This document shows, one piece after another, positions 7,548 to 16,752 of a DNA stretch of 64,000 bases (its first letter is position 1; the number at the start of each line of letters is the position of its first letter). A program made the translations under genes and the position numbers. Location: sequence record NC_022096.1; one strand, given 5' to 3'. The notes beneath the pieces were generated by a model. That model searched no databases and had not been told where the DNA came from. It worked only from the letters and a program-made list of their open reading frames with translations.

Positions 7548-8111
7548 ATGAACGACCTTGCGACGTTAAAGTCCCTAACCTCGATCAAGCCCATTGCTAC
7601 ATTGGGCAACACACCAGGCACCACCATGTTCAATCGTTTCTTCTTTGAGCGACTGAGCGCATTCGGCTCTGTGAAAAATGGCATCGTCCTGACGATTAAC
7701 GACGAAGCCTTTGAAGATGTAGAAGACTGGGGTGAGTTCATCCAGACCCCGATGGGTAACGTGACGGTTCGCCGTGCTGTTACCGAAGATGACCTGCAGA
7801 GTCTGAGTTTGCCGGGTATGGCCCATCTTCGTCATGCAGGCGTGCGCAATTTTGCTCGCCTGTTATCTGACGATGCCGTGATCTTTCGGTTTGAGACTGC
7901 GCGTTGGCAAGGCGTTGAGTATCCGATCGAGGAATTGAATCGGTACTTTGAAACCCTGCGTCGCGCTTATCACCTGAGTGACGAGGCTGGCATCATCGAC
8001 GTGCCGATTCAGCTCGGTAGTGTAAACCACCGATATACGACCAGAGCGCAGATTGAATCTGTCCTCTACCCAATGGCGTACTACTTTTTTCGAGAAGATA
8101 CGGAGCTCTAA
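7548..8111 (+). CDS. hypothetical protein
   Basis: 187-aa ORF tightly packed between neighbours. Confidence 0.65.
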   Translation: MNDLATLKSLTSIKPIATLGNTPGTTMFNRFFFERLSAFGSVKNGIVLTINDEAFEDVEDWGEFIQTPMGNVTVRRAVTEDDLQSLSLPGMAHLRHAGVRNFARLLSDDAVIFRFETARWQGVEYPIEELNRYFETLRRAYHLSDEAGIIDVPIQLGSVNHRYTTRAQIESVLYPMAYYFFREDTEL

Positions 8112-8112
8112 C

Positions 8113-8346
8113 ATGAACTTTGGTGAAGCGCTACACGTACTGGAACAAGGCGGCAAAGTCCAGCGCACCGGCTGGAATGGCAACGGCATGTGGCTCGAAC
8201 TCCAAGTGCCTGACGAACACAGCAAGATGACGCTACCGTACATCTTCCTGTCGTATCCTGCAGATGCCAAGAACACGCCCGGTGCGCGCGTACCCTGGGC
8301 TCCGTCGCAGACCGACGTTCTGGCGAAAGACTGGCAAGTGGTTTAA
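8113..8346 (+). CDS. DUF2829 family protein, Tad2-like (Thoeris anti-defence sponge)
   Basis: MNFGEAL..L..G.KV.R.GWNG.GMW...W.PSQTD.LA.DW signature; GGAG RBS before ATG 8113. Confidence 0.82.
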   Translation: MNFGEALHVLEQGGKVQRTGWNGNGMWLELQVPDEHSKMTLPYIFLSYPADAKNTPGARVPWAPSQTDVLAKDWQVV

Positions 8347-8358
8347 CAGGAGCCCATC

Positions 8359-9498
8359 ATGGCAAAGAAAAAAGAGAAGGCACCGCTCCCGCAACCTTCT
8401 GCAACCGAATCCCTGGCGGTCAAGTATCGCCCACGCACGTTGAAGGACGTGAAAGGCCAAGACAATGCTGTCGCCGCTGTCAAAGGTATGATCAAGCAGC
8501 GCAAGTACCCGGGTGCCATCCTGATCACCGGGCCGAGCGGCACCGGCAAGACCACGCTTGCCCGCATCCTTGCCACGTACATGAATGCCGACGACCCGAA
8601 GAAAGTGAAGGAGTCGATGGCGTATCGTCTGGGCGAAAAGCACCCAGACATCCTGACGCTGAACGCTGGCACCAACGGCAAAGTCGAAGACATCCGTACG
8701 CTGGTCAAGGGCTCGCGCTCTGCTCCGATGTCCAACTACCGCGTCATCATCATCGACGAAGCACACAAGCTCACCGGCGCCTCTGCCGAAGCTCTGCTTG
8801 TTCCAATGGAAGAGCCGCCGAGTCGTACCATCTGGATTCTCTGCACGACCGACCCGGAGAAGCTGCTCGACACGATGCAGAACCGCTGTGTCAAGTTGCA
8901 CCTGAGTCCTGTGGAGCCCAACCACATCGTTGATCGTCTGGCAGAAGTTGCTGCCGCAGAAGGCGTCAAGATGGGCAAAGAGAAGGAAGCGAAGAAGGCG
9001 CTGAATGCCATCGCGCAACTTTCCGACGGCAGTATGCGCAACGCCATCTCCATTCTCGAAAACCTCATGTTCGCCGTTGCTGGTGGCTTGGATTTCTCGG
9101 CCGAGGGTGCCCTCAAGTCCTATGTCGAGTCCGGTGCTGCCGACCTAGACAAGGCAGCAGCCTCCATGGTGGCTGCGTCGCTCAATCTCGACCTGCCGGG
9201 CGCTGTCAGTATGATTCGTCGTGCTGAGAACCCGCGCGGTATCGTGTACAAGTCGCGTATGCTGGTCGATTTCCTGATCGGCGAAAAGACGAAGACTGCC
9301 AAGTTCCAACCGTACACTGGTCGCGTGTTCAAGCAGGTTGCCGAGAAGATGGGCATTAAGTACAGTCTGCGTGCCCTGCTGCTTCTCCAGACGACCATCA
9401 CGAACGTGGAGTTGCAAATGAACAGTTGCAGCATCGCCGAAGCCGTGCTGCTCCAAACCGCCATCGGCAATTTTATCATCGAGAACAAGAGCGAGTAA
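8359..9498 (+). CDS. clamp loader subunit, DnaX (gamma/tau)-like AAA+ ATPase
   Basis: KYRPRTLKDVKGQ, Walker A GPSGTGKTT, Walker B IIDEAH, NRC (SRC-like); AGGAG RBS. Confidence 0.9.
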   Translation: MAKKKEKAPLPQPSATESLAVKYRPRTLKDVKGQDNAVAAVKGMIKQRKYPGAILITGPSGTGKTTLARILATYMNADDPKKVKESMAYRLGEKHPDILTLNAGTNGKVEDIRTLVKGSRSAPMSNYRVIIIDEAHKLTGASAEALLVPMEEPPSRTIWILCTTDPEKLLDTMQNRCVKLHLSPVEPNHIVDRLAEVAAAEGVKMGKEKEAKKALNAIAQLSDGSMRNAISILENLMFAVAGGLDFSAEGALKSYVESGAADLDKAAASMVAASLNLDLPGAVSMIRRAENPRGIVYKSRMLVDFLIGEKTKTAKFQPYTGRVFKQVAEKMGIKYSLRALLLLQTTITNVELQMNSCSIAEAVLLQTAIGNFIIENKSE

Positions 9499-9504
9499 TC
9501 GAAC

Positions 9505-11949
9505 ATGCTTGAAGGACTTGACGTTGAGCTAAACAACGTCGTCTATTTCAAGAACGCGAAACTGGACATTACCCGGCATCCGTTCACTGTCATCAGTGGG
9601 CACAACAAGGACAGCCGCATTTCCACAGAGACCAGTAACGGTGCAGGTAAGTCGCTGCTCTGGTCTGCTGTGCCAAACCTTCGTTATGAAGCAACGCCGC
9701 TTGCAACTCAGAAAAAGCGCAAGGACATCTTGGGCGCCTCCGACTCGTCAATCGCGTTTCGGTTCAAAGGCAACGACGGTAAAGTCTACCGTATCACCCA
9801 GACGCCCTCCAAGTTCGTTATTGAAAGAGACGGCAAAGACATCGAATGTCGAACCGTACCTCTACAGAAAAAGAAGATCGAGGAAATCTTCCCGATCACC
9901 GAAGATGAGTTCTACTCGTATGTGTACCTGCAATCGCAACGGCCGCTGCTGTTCCAGATAGCCAAGCCTACCGAGCGCCTGCAGTACATCACGTCCGTGT
10001 TCCGTTTGGACGTGTACGACCAGCTCAAGAAATACTTCACCAAGAAGCTTGGTGAAATCAAAAACAAGCAGGTCGAATTTGACGTGCTCAACACCCAGCT
10101 GGTGAAAGTCGATGGTCTCCTGTCGCGCCTTGACTGGAGCAAGGAGAAAGCCAAGGAACTGGAGAAGGCACAAGCCATCATCCGTACTCTTGGCGACGAC
10201 TCCAAGAAACTCCAGTCGTCCATCGAGCGGTACAAGGCGGCCATCGCGGCCAGCGAGCAGTATGCGAAGCTCAAGAAGCAACGCAAGAAGCTCAATCCTC
10301 CGATCAGCAGGAAAGAAGCCCTCGAACAGCAGGAGCTCCACGAAGCTCAGGCAGACTACCAATCTGACCTTAAGTCGTACCAAGCGCAGCGCAAGCAGCT
10401 CAAGCAACAACTGGATGAACTCGGCGACATCGAGTCTCTCCAGAAGCTGGAGAAGCGCCTCAAGAAACTCATCGACCATCAGGCAGGTGAAGAGGCTAGC
10501 TTGACCATGCTGCACGAGGCTCGCCAGGCCTACAAGCAGATCACTGCCGAACTCGACGAAGCCATTAGCGAGGCGAAATCCCTAGGCATCAAGCGTAAGG
10601 ACATCGACATCATCGTCGCCATCGGCCCTAAGGGGATGGAAGACGAAATCGCCAAGCACAGCGCCGTGTTGCAGCTTGAGTCGATTGTGTCTGACTGTGC
10701 TGATGGCGAATGCCCAACGTGCCAACAATCCGTAAATGTCAAGGCGTTCAAGAAGCAGATCGCTGCGGCAAAAGAAGCGGTGAAGAAACACAAGAAGGGG
10801 CTCGCCAAGTACGCTGCAAGCAAGGCAGTGTTTGACTTGCAGAAGAAAGCAAAGAAGCATGAGTTCAACGAAGCCAGCGAGCAGGAGTTTCTGGATCGCC
10901 GCTTGAAGTATCGGGAAACCGAAGAAAAGCTGGAGCAACTCCAAGAGCGTGTACGGGCCGCCAAGCAGGCTGACCGTATTCAGGCTAAGCTGAACGATCT
11001 GGAAAAGCCCAAAGCTCCGAAGAAAGAGCCAAGCTACTCGACCAAGCAGCTCAAGGAAATCCTTGAACAGCACTCCGAGCTGAAACGCATTGATAGCGTT
11101 CTGGCATCACTGGAAGAGCAGCACGGAACTATCGATGCAAAGGCGCTGTCTAATAAACTGGCCGATGCAGAAAAGCGCTACGCCAAGATTGAGTGTAAGT
11201 ACACCAGCGCTCAGGATGTGTGCAGCAATCTAGGTTCCAAGGCAAGTGAGTTCAAGGTCCTGCGCCGCGAGCGTAAGGATGTACTCGCACAGCTCGAAGC
11301 GATCAAGCCTATCATCGACCAGCGCGACCTGTACAAGTCCCTGGAGAAGGCATACTCCGCCAAAGGCCTCAAAGTGTTTGCGGCGAATCAGATTCTGGGT
11401 CAGATCGAACAGAACATGAATCGCTACGCCAATCTGATCTTCGCAGAACCCTTCAAGTTCAACCTGTTCGCCAAGGAAGACGGTGTGCATTGTATCGTCG
11501 ACCGCGGTAATGGGAAGAAGTCGGATGTCCGTATGCTCTCCGGAGCTGAATCGGATGCGTTCCGCCTTCTCTGGATGTGGGTAATGCTGATCATGGTTGA
11601 AGACGACCGTCGTACCAACTTCGCCGTTCTGGATGAGCCTGATTCGCACATGGACGAGACCACTCGTTCCTTGTTCATCGAGCGCTTCCTGCCGGCGCTG
11701 CGTTCGCTCGTTCCGCATGTGTTCTTGATCACTCCGTTGAGCAAGCACATGTACAGCGAGTGTGCGTACCTGACTGTCGTTAAACACAAAGGCGTTTCCC
11801 AACTGGTGGAGAATTTCGATGAGAGTAGCGGGCTTCGGATGCCACGCGCCGGACGAAGTTCTGGTGCGGCTGAACCGAGAAAACGGAGTAAGAAGAAGTC
11901 AGGTGCTCATGGTAGCGCCAGACGAAAAGCTGCCAAAGCGGCGGCCTAA
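9505..11949 (+). CDS. sbcC: SbcC/Rad50-like SMC ATPase
   Basis: Walker A NGAGKS, long coiled coil with CPTC zinc hook, signature LSGAE, Walker B VLDEPD. Confidence 0.88.
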   Translation: MLEGLDVELNNVVYFKNAKLDITRHPFTVISGHNKDSRISTETSNGAGKSLLWSAVPNLRYEATPLATQKKRKDILGASDSSIAFRFKGNDGKVYRITQTPSKFVIERDGKDIECRTVPLQKKKIEEIFPITEDEFYSYVYLQSQRPLLFQIAKPTERLQYITSVFRLDVYDQLKKYFTKKLGEIKNKQVEFDVLNTQLVKVDGLLSRLDWSKEKAKELEKAQAIIRTLGDDSKKLQSSIERYKAAIAASEQYAKLKKQRKKLNPPISRKEALEQQELHEAQADYQSDLKSYQAQRKQLKQQLDELGDIESLQKLEKRLKKLIDHQAGEEASLTMLHEARQAYKQITAELDEAISEAKSLGIKRKDIDIIVAIGPKGMEDEIAKHSAVLQLESIVSDCADGECPTCQQSVNVKAFKKQIAAAKEAVKKHKKGLAKYAASKAVFDLQKKAKKHEFNEASEQEFLDRRLKYRETEEKLEQLQERVRAAKQADRIQAKLNDLEKPKAPKKEPSYSTKQLKEILEQHSELKRIDSVLASLEEQHGTIDAKALSNKLADAEKRYAKIECKYTSAQDVCSNLGSKASEFKVLRRERKDVLAQLEAIKPIIDQRDLYKSLEKAYSAKGLKVFAANQILGQIEQNMNRYANLIFAEPFKFNLFAKEDGVHCIVDRGNGKKSDVRMLSGAESDAFRLLWMWVMLIMVEDDRRTNFAVLDEPDSHMDETTRSLFIERFLPALRSLVPHVFLITPLSKHMYSECAYLTVVKHKGVSQLVENFDESSGLRMPRAGRSSGAAEPRKRSKKKSGAHGSARRKAAKAAA

Positions 11950-12547
11950 GGGAATCGATTACGTCATCATGTTCAGTGTCAAGGACATGCGGCGTAATCT
12001 GGATGCGCACCAGAGCTTTGAACCCGTGGTGTTCCTAGTGTTCGATACGCCAATCGCCCTCAGTGGTTACACGATCCAACACATGGACTTCAAGATCGGA
12101 AGCGACGTGCATATCGACGGGTTCGAGTGCATTCCACTGAATCTCAATTTAAGCATTGACTCCAAGCCGTTTGAGCGCAGCGGTCTCGACATCGTGCAAC
12201 TGTCCATCGAAGAGGTTAAGGCCCAGCGGACACTGCTCAACCAGTTGATGACCTTCATCTACTCCCTGCCAAGGGCGACACACCAACGACCAATCAACTC
12301 GGCGGTGTGTTCCTGGATGGGTAGCAAGACCACGCTCGTGAAGCTCAACAACGACTTGGCCAAGATGCGGGATAGTCCGCTGACCGCCAAGCAGCTCGCC
12401 AGACTGAACGACATCCTTTCATCCGAGACCGCAGTCCTCTATCGAGAGGCGATGCGTGAAGGTGGGGATTCCGAAGTCTTGGCTCGCCGCTATGGCATCA
12501 GCGCGTATGAAATCAACTATATGCGCGCGATTGCCGCAAGGAGCTAG
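11819..12547 (+). CDS. hypothetical protein
   Basis: 242-aa ORF with GGAG upstream; overlaps the sbcC-like tail by 131 nt. Confidence 0.65.
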   Translation: MRVAGFGCHAPDEVLVRLNRENGVRRSQVLMVAPDEKLPKRRPKGIDYVIMFSVKDMRRNLDAHQSFEPVVFLVFDTPIALSGYTIQHMDFKIGSDVHIDGFECIPLNLNLSIDSKPFERSGLDIVQLSIEEVKAQRTLLNQLMTFIYSLPRATHQRPINSAVCSWMGSKTTLVKLNNDLAKMRDSPLTAKQLARLNDILSSETAVLYREAMREGGDSEVLARRYGISAYEINYMRAIAARS

Positions 12548-12551
12548 ACCC

Positions 12552-13403
12552 ATGGCAAAGGTAGTGCTGTACCACGCAGAGTGCAATGACGGGATCATGG
12601 CAGCAGCCATCGTCTCGTACTTCGAGAAAGACCCGACCATCATTTACCACCCTGTACACTACAACCGACCTTTGCCGGATATTCCAAAGGACTCCGATGT
12701 CATCGTTGCGGATTTCTGCCACGGTGATGTCGGGGCAATGTTTGCCCTGTTGGAGAACTCCAAGTCTCTGCTGGTAATTGATCATCATGCTGATGCAATC
12801 CCAGTGCTGGATGAGTTGCTGAAAGTCGATTCTCCGAAGCTCCAGGTCGTCTTCGACTCTGAGAACTCGGGCGCTGGTTGCACCTGGCGGCACTACACTG
12901 AGAAACAGGCACCCCTCGTTGTGCAGCGCGTTCGCGGTCATGACCTGTACAAGAACAAGGTGATCGATGACGATTACTTCTTCTACGGTGTGATGACGAA
13001 TCCGCAAACCATTTCCTACTGGGCGTCGTTGATCGATAACGACGCTGAGGTCACCAACCTTGTTGCGGCTGGTCGTCACATCTACAACTTCGTGATGAAC
13101 TCCGTGCTTCCGCAGATGCGGACCAAGGTGCGCTACACCAGCCATGCAGGTTACATCATTCCGATCGTGAACTGCAACCGTATCATCCAGCCGCTGATCC
13201 TTGATCGCCTGATCGAGATTGACTCTGTGGCTTTCGCGTATGAAGACATCGGCGGCGGAAAGCGTAAATGGAGCGTACGGTCCAGCACTTTCTGCAATGG
13301 TGCCGCCAAACGCATTGCCAACTCCTTTAACGGAGGCGGCCATCAGAACGCTGCCGGTTTCGTTACCGATGACACGTTCATGTTCCCGATCTTGGATACC
13401 TAA
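12552..13403 (+). CDS. DHH/DHHA1 family phosphoesterase
   Basis: YHAECNDG, ADF, IDHH and C-terminal GGGHQNAAGF; AGGAG before ATG 12552. Confidence 0.85.
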   Translation: MAKVVLYHAECNDGIMAAAIVSYFEKDPTIIYHPVHYNRPLPDIPKDSDVIVADFCHGDVGAMFALLENSKSLLVIDHHADAIPVLDELLKVDSPKLQVVFDSENSGAGCTWRHYTEKQAPLVVQRVRGHDLYKNKVIDDDYFFYGVMTNPQTISYWASLIDNDAEVTNLVAAGRHIYNFVMNSVLPQMRTKVRYTSHAGYIIPIVNCNRIIQPLILDRLIEIDSVAFAYEDIGGGKRKWSVRSSTFCNGAAKRIANSFNGGGHQNAAGFVTDDTFMFPILDT

Positions 13404-13437
13404 GCATGTTGGAAGCCCTTTCGACCAGTGACTGGCA

Positions 13438-14262
13438 TTAGCCGATTACCGCTCGCCGAACCTGTGCTTTCGTCATGTTGTACCAACCACTTGGCAGGCT
13501 TCGCCTGTTCCCGCCTTTGTCCATGAGAAGAAGGGTGAAGTTATACCCAGCGGCGATTGCAGCCTTTGCCTTCGCCGCGTTCTTCTTGAACGGACCGCCG
13601 TCTTGCTTCCCGCTCAATCCTAGAGTCCAGACGCTCTTGACCTCGATCACGTTGTTCTTGGTAACGTGGTAGAAGTCAGGAATGAACGTCCGGACCTTGC
13701 CCTCGAAACGATACTTGATCGTAGGCTTCCCGTCACGCACTTCGGAGACGATGTTCTCTGGCTTGGCACCACGGGCGATCATGTATTGCAGTGCCGCAGG
13801 TTCAAAGCCTTGGAGCTTGCGCGTCACGCCCGCTATGACTACCTCTTTCCTCTCGAAGTAACCGTAACGCTGTTTATCTTTCGCACAGACGAAACAGCCA
13901 TGCCCCTTGATGATGTGATTTGGGAGCATCTTTCGTTCGCTCTTACATTCAAGGCAGACGTGCATGATTTTCTTCAGGCGGCCCCTGTAGTCTTCCAAAG
14001 GCCTGAGTGTGGAGTCGCGCTCTTTAAGTTCGGCGATATAGGCATCCGTAGTTGGCAACTGATAACAACACAACAACTTGCCACGAGACGTTTTGGAACT
14101 CATAACGACCCCAGGATGGCGGTCGCGGATATCGCCACATTTGGTGCATTGGTGTTTGATTGAAGTCTTGATATTGACGTACTGTTCCAGTACGATGAGG
14201 TCAGGCCCGTACTTTTGCCTAACTAAGGCCAAGTACTCCTGATGGGTGATGCGCTTAGGCAT
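13438..14262 (-). CDS. Zn-finger plus PD-(D/E)XK endonuclease, candidate free-standing homing endonuclease
   Basis: N-terminal CTKC, CLEC, CFVC repeats; C-terminal FIPDFY...VIEVKS; the only inverted gene inside a + strand operon. Confidence 0.72.
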   Translation of the reverse strand: MPKRITHQEYLALVRQKYGPDLIVLEQYVNIKTSIKHQCTKCGDIRDRHPGVVMSSKTSRGKLLCCYQLPTTDAYIAELKERDSTLRPLEDYRGRLKKIMHVCLECKSERKMLPNHIIKGHGCFVCAKDKQRYGYFERKEVVIAGVTRKLQGFEPAALQYMIARGAKPENIVSEVRDGKPTIKYRFEGKVRTFIPDFYHVTKNNVIEVKSVWTLGLSGKQDGGPFKKNAAKAKAAIAAGYNFTLLLMDKGGNRRSLPSGWYNMTKAQVRRAVIG

Positions 14263-14351
14263 GTGATACTCTCTGAAAGTAAGGTGAAGGTGCCCAGACG
14301 GTATCCGTATTCAGAGTACGGAAGGACTGGCCGGTCTTTTCCCGTCTGGAC

Positions 14352-14373
14352 AAGTGTAAATTAGTCGCATACG
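14352..14373 (+). promoter_or_regulatory. putative phage promoter, class A variant (AAGTGTAAA-N7-CATACG)
   Basis: Intergenic, 21 nt before the sbcD-like ATG. Confidence 0.45.
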
Positions 14374-14394
14374 GAACAGACTTTGGTGTTTACC

Positions 14395-15462
14395 ATGTTA
14401 GAAGCAATCAGTACGTCAGATTTCCACCTCGAGGGAATGTTCAAGCATTTCGCCGATGCAACCGCGCGCCAGTTGCGTGAAATCGACAAGATTTACCAGT
14501 ACGGAATGAGCAAAGGCATTCGCCATGTCTTCATTCCGGGCGACATTTCCGATACGCCTCACATGAAGTTCGCCACGTACATGCAGTTGGTGATGTTCTT
14601 CAAGAAGTACGACGGCATCATCAACAGCTACTACATCGGAGGTAACCATGACCGTTCCGATGTCGAGTCCACGTCGTGTGACTTCCTCAAGATGATCGCG
14701 GATCACGGCTTCTTCAAGTCGTTCCGCATCTTCCTGCAACCTGAACAAGACCGCATCGATGGTACGCTCGTAAACTTCTGCGCATGGCCGTGCTACGAGA
14801 CCATGACCGAGAAGGAAGGTTGCCTGAACTTTGCCCACGTTGAATACAACGGCGCAATCGGTGATAACGGCCGACCGTTGAAGACCAAGCATGAGTTCCG
14901 CAGCCATGAGCGCGACTTCACCATCAGCGGTCACATCCACCAGTACCAGTATTTGAAGAACAAGCGTGCCATCTTCAATGGTAACCCGTACCAGAAGAAC
15001 TTCGGCGAGGCGTTGCCTAAGGGTTTCGTTCACTTCAAGGCCAGAACCAGTAAGAATACGGTTGACGTGAAGCACCGCTTCATCGACAACATGCCGAACT
15101 TTCGCCTGGAGACGGTCGTTGTGGAATCCCCGAAGGACTTCGCACGCCTGAAGGATGACAACAACATCCGCTACAAGCTGCTGGTGGCCCCTGATGTCCT
15201 GGTGCCCGCTGATCTGCGGCTCACCTACCCGAACATCACAGGTGGTATCTTCAACTCGGAAACCAAGAAGGCCGCCGCGAACGATGATTCGCCAATGGTC
15301 GAGCAACTCGGCCAGGTGGCTCAGATTAGCCGCGTGAAGCCTACCACCGGATTGAACAATTGGTTGGCTGGTGAGGGTTTCTCCAAGAAAGAAATCTCCA
15401 TGGCCAAAGGTATGGTCAAGGAGGCCATGAACGAACTCGGCATTTCCGTTGGAGAGTCCTAG
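14395..15462 (+). CDS. sbcD: SbcD/Mre11-like metallophosphoesterase nuclease
   Basis: SDFHL, GDISD, GGNHD, GHIH motifs. Confidence 0.88.
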   Translation: MLEAISTSDFHLEGMFKHFADATARQLREIDKIYQYGMSKGIRHVFIPGDISDTPHMKFATYMQLVMFFKKYDGIINSYYIGGNHDRSDVESTSCDFLKMIADHGFFKSFRIFLQPEQDRIDGTLVNFCAWPCYETMTEKEGCLNFAHVEYNGAIGDNGRPLKTKHEFRSHERDFTISGHIHQYQYLKNKRAIFNGNPYQKNFGEALPKGFVHFKARTSKNTVDVKHRFIDNMPNFRLETVVVESPKDFARLKDDNNIRYKLLVAPDVLVPADLRLTYPNITGGIFNSETKKAAANDDSPMVEQLGQVAQISRVKPTTGLNNWLAGEGFSKKEISMAKGMVKEAMNELGISVGES

Positions 15463-15532
15463 GAAATCCTAGGCATTCCTCCTAAGTTTGCCAATGTCAT
15501 TCTGATGTCAGAGAAATACATAGCTAGAGAAT

Positions 15533-15540
15533 GCTAATTT
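15533..15540 (+). promoter_or_regulatory. putative phage promoter element, class B (GCTAATTT)
   Basis: Intergenic; recurs at 16713, 41152 and 52177. Confidence 0.4.
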
Positions 15541-15630
15541 TTCTGCATCGAGTGACAAAGCACCTTGGCGCTAAGGTTGTACGTCGTCCTCGATGTTCAC
15601 AACCAAGCTCATTCCTAAGGAGACAAGGTC

Positions 15631-16629
15631 ATGGCGACCCGTACTCGTAACAAAGTGGTTGGCGGCAAAGTCGTCAAGCAAAAGGTAACGGTGGACAACT
15701 CCCCCGAGGCCAAAGCCAAGCGTAAGAAGGCGGCGCAGACTCGCAAGAAGACTGCTTCCAAGGACAACGCCAAGGCTCGCACCGAGCGCAAGTCGCGCAC
15801 CCCGCAAGAGAAGCTGGAAGCCGGCATCAAGCGTGCCATGCTCCGCGCCGCTCGCGAAGGCCGCGATCCGAAGAAGGCGAAGAAAGACTACATCGCCTGG
15901 CACAAGAAGCAGCAGTCCCACGGCGCTGCCAAGTCCAAGTCCAAGGAAGCCGCTGCCAAGGTGCGCGAAGCTCACAAGAAGCAGCGCGAAGCCCTGACTG
16001 CCAAGCGCAAGGCCATGGCCGACAGCTACAAGGCTGCCCGCGCCAAGCTGAAAGGCCTGCCGATCGAGAAGCGCAAGGCTCAAGGTGCCAAGCTGCGTGA
16101 CAAGTACAAGGCCAGCCTGGCCAAGCTGTCGCAAGCTCGCACCAAGCTGACCGCCGCCAAGAAGAAGAAGCTGGACGGCATCAAGTCCAAGCTGGCTGCC
16201 AAGAAGCCCGGCGCCAACCCGAACCGCAAGGTGAAGGCTGCTTCCGCTCCTGGCGTTACCGCTGCTCCGGCCAAGAAGCCGCGTAAGATGAAGACCACAC
16301 CGGAAAAAGCGAAAGCCCAATCCAAGACCCCGGCCAGCGGCGCTAAGGCTCCGGCCAAGAAAGCTGCAACCAAAGCTGCCAAGCCGGTAGCCAAGAAAGC
16401 AGCAGTCAAGGCCGCCAAGCCGGCAGCCAAGGCCGAAGCCAAGAAAGTGGCAACCAAGGTCGCTAAGACCGAGGCCAAGAAAGCCGCGACCAAAGCTGCC
16501 AAGCCGGTAGCCAAGAAAGCAGCCACCAAGGCCGCCAAGCCCGCCGCTAAGGCGACCGCGAAGAAAGAAGCTGCCAAGCCGACTACTCGCGCTCGCGCCA
16601 CCGGCAAAAAGGCTATCAAACGCGGCTAA
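15631..16629 (+). CDS. histone H1-like Lys/Ala-rich DNA-binding protein
   Basis: 332 aa dominated by K/A/P with AAKP/KKAA repeats; AAGGAG RBS; followed by a terminator. Confidence 0.8.
   Translation: MATRTRNKVVGGKVVKQKVTVDNSPEAKAKRKKAAQTRKKTASKDNAKARTERKSRTPQEKLEAGIKRAMLRAAREGRDPKKAKKDYIAWHKKQQSHGAAKSKSKEAAAKVREAHKKQREALTAKRKAMADSYKAARAKLKGLPIEKRKAQGAKLRDKYKASLAKLSQARTKLTAAKKKKLDGIKSKLAAKKPGANPNRKVKAASAPGVTAAPAKKPRKMKTTPEKAKAQSKTPASGAKAPAKKAATKAAKPVAKKAAVKAAKPAAKAEAKKVATKVAKTEAKKAATKAAKPVAKKAATKAAKPAAKATAKKEAAKPTTRARATGKKAIKRG
16369..16523 (+). repeat. intragenic direct repeat with 120-nt period
   Basis: 35-nt ACCAAAGCTGCCAAGCCGGTAGCCAAGAAAGCAGC at 16369 and 16489. Confidence 0.85.
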
Positions 16630-16652
16630 TCCCCGCACGGTAGTCTGACCTC

Positions 16653-16692
16653 AAAAAGGCCCGAGTCACTTCACTGTGGCTTGGGCCTTTTT
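16653..16692. terminator. rho-independent terminator, potentially bidirectional
   Basis: AAAAA-GGCCCGAGTCAC-loop-GTGGCTTGGGCC-TTTTT. Confidence 0.85.
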
Positions 16693-16752
16693 GTTTCTCC
16701 AGCCACCTGATCGCTAATTTATGAGCACGACACCTCTTGGCTGAGCATTACG

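Noticed and set aside
14294-14349. Hammerhead ribozyme
   Set aside because: Three stems are present but the CUGANGA junction core is missing on both strands.
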